Source of the DNA: Camelus ferus
Taxonomy: Eukaryota
DNA: 64,000 nt
Direction: 5' to 3'
NCBI RefSeq assembly: GCF_009834535.1
Contig: NC_045696.1
Span: forward strand, 120,158,001-120,222,000
The notes below the pieces were generated by a model. That model was not told the DNA's origin, made no database searches, and saw only the letters and a list, made by a program, of their open reading frames with translations. Position numbers and translations under genes: made by a program. Below are positions 62,786 through 64,000 of the stretch, piece by piece; position 1 is the first letter of the stretch; each line of letters opens with the position of its first letter.

Positions 62786-64000
62786 TTAACAGCCTGGCAC
62801 TTTCTTTCCCTTGTGGTTAATCTGCCAGGGTCAGTATGGCTGCCTGATCACCTCTCTCAAGGCTATCACACAAGTTAATAGGATAAGGCATGGGTGTGCG
62901 ATGGTCAGAGGTGAAGTGACTGGTTCTAAAGGGCACAGTTCTTAATTGGCTCCCTCATATGTTCCCTAGTTCCCTCTTCCGGCTCTGCCACCCAACACCC
63001 TCGATCCAAGGTCGGCCCCAGTGTTCGCTGGGGCACCCAGAAGAGTCAGCTGCTTCTCGGCAGTCCCTGGTGGGACCATGCCACCTGGTAGGGTCTGTCA
63101 CCGGGGACGTGATTACTGTCTTCTTTTCCTTCCCTGATTTTTTTCAGTTTTCCCTCCTTGTTCCCTAAGCCCTTACTGGGTGCCCAGTGGTTTCTAACTC
63201 TCCCTCCTTGGTGTCCAGGCAGCCCTTTCTCTGTCCAAGGTAAGTCCTCCTTATCGGCACTTGCCAGGAGCCTCCTCCAGCTCCATTCCGGGAAGGAGCG
63301 TTGTCCCGGGGCTTATGGCAGCTTAGTCAGCAGTTGAAGTCTTGGCTTGAACCCCGTGGGCCCCTCCAGCTCAGGGCCCATGCAGCTTTCTTCAGTAATG
63401 GGGACTGAGGTTCGAGGGTTGTCTGTATCCTGCAAGAAAAGGTCTTTCTGACTATTAAACAGAAGAGCATACTGATGCAAAGCCTTGTGCTGCATTCTCC
63501 CCTGCCCCCTCCACCCGCCATACATCCCTGCCTTTAGTGCCCAGCCAGTCCCATCAGGACCTCGGCTGGACCTTCAGGAGTGACGCTGGTTGAGGGACAT
63601 CACCAGAGGTGCTGATTCAAACTACTGTAAAGCTTTGAGCCCCAAGTAGATGACTGGTTTGTGCTCCAGGTACTCTGTGAGGTTTCCATCTCTGGTGCTG
63701 ATGGGAGTTTGCAGTAGGAATCAGAGACCCCTGTTTTCTCTTCTCCCTCCCGGCTCCCCTCCCATACGATCTCTCTGCTTGAACTTTCTCCAAAATGATC
63801 TTGTCTGCCTTATCAGTGACTGGGACCATGCTGGCCAGTCCAAAGTCAAATGAGTTAAATGTGAATGAATTAACAGGGAGGTCCAGAAGCATCTCTGCTG
63901 AATTATGGTTCCCTGAGGACTCACACTGTGTTTTTGTGTTCTGGTTTCCACAATTTTATTTTTGCAAGAATGGTGAATATTTTAAGCATGATCACAAAAC

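Noticed and set aside
62195..62878. 227-aa ORF
   Set aside because: Runs through a SINE and a (TTTG)n tract; no collagen VI or other domain similarity.

Overview
Mammalian genomic DNA, most likely a camelid: it carries several tRNA-Ala-like SINEs of the camelid Vic-1 type and many copies of one L1 3' UTR. The window is internal to one + strand gene encoding a long-chain collagen VI subunit, recognised from memory of the mouse protein as COL6A4. I can splice 25 GT-AG exons (2979-56665, 2168 nt) into one uninterrupted frame: last N-terminal vWA domain (N1), Cys linker, a complete 336-residue triple helix with Cys at helix position 50, a 12-nt micro-exon and most of the C1 vWA domain. The start, the upstream N-domains and the 3' exons lie outside the window. 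Introns are filled with L1, L2, MIR, MaLR, ERV1 solo LTRs, hAT/Tigger MITEs, SINEs and microsatellites. Main leads: an open COL6A4 frame (the gene is broken in humans) with a Gly-to-Asn break in the helix; three L1 copies sharing a swapped 3' end; a CCAAT-array LTR inside a three-level nest; local GC/CpG gain inside old repeats; and a competing stop-containing splice acceptor. I found no prokaryote-type system and no novel protein-coding gene. Repeat family names are from recall, not from a database search.
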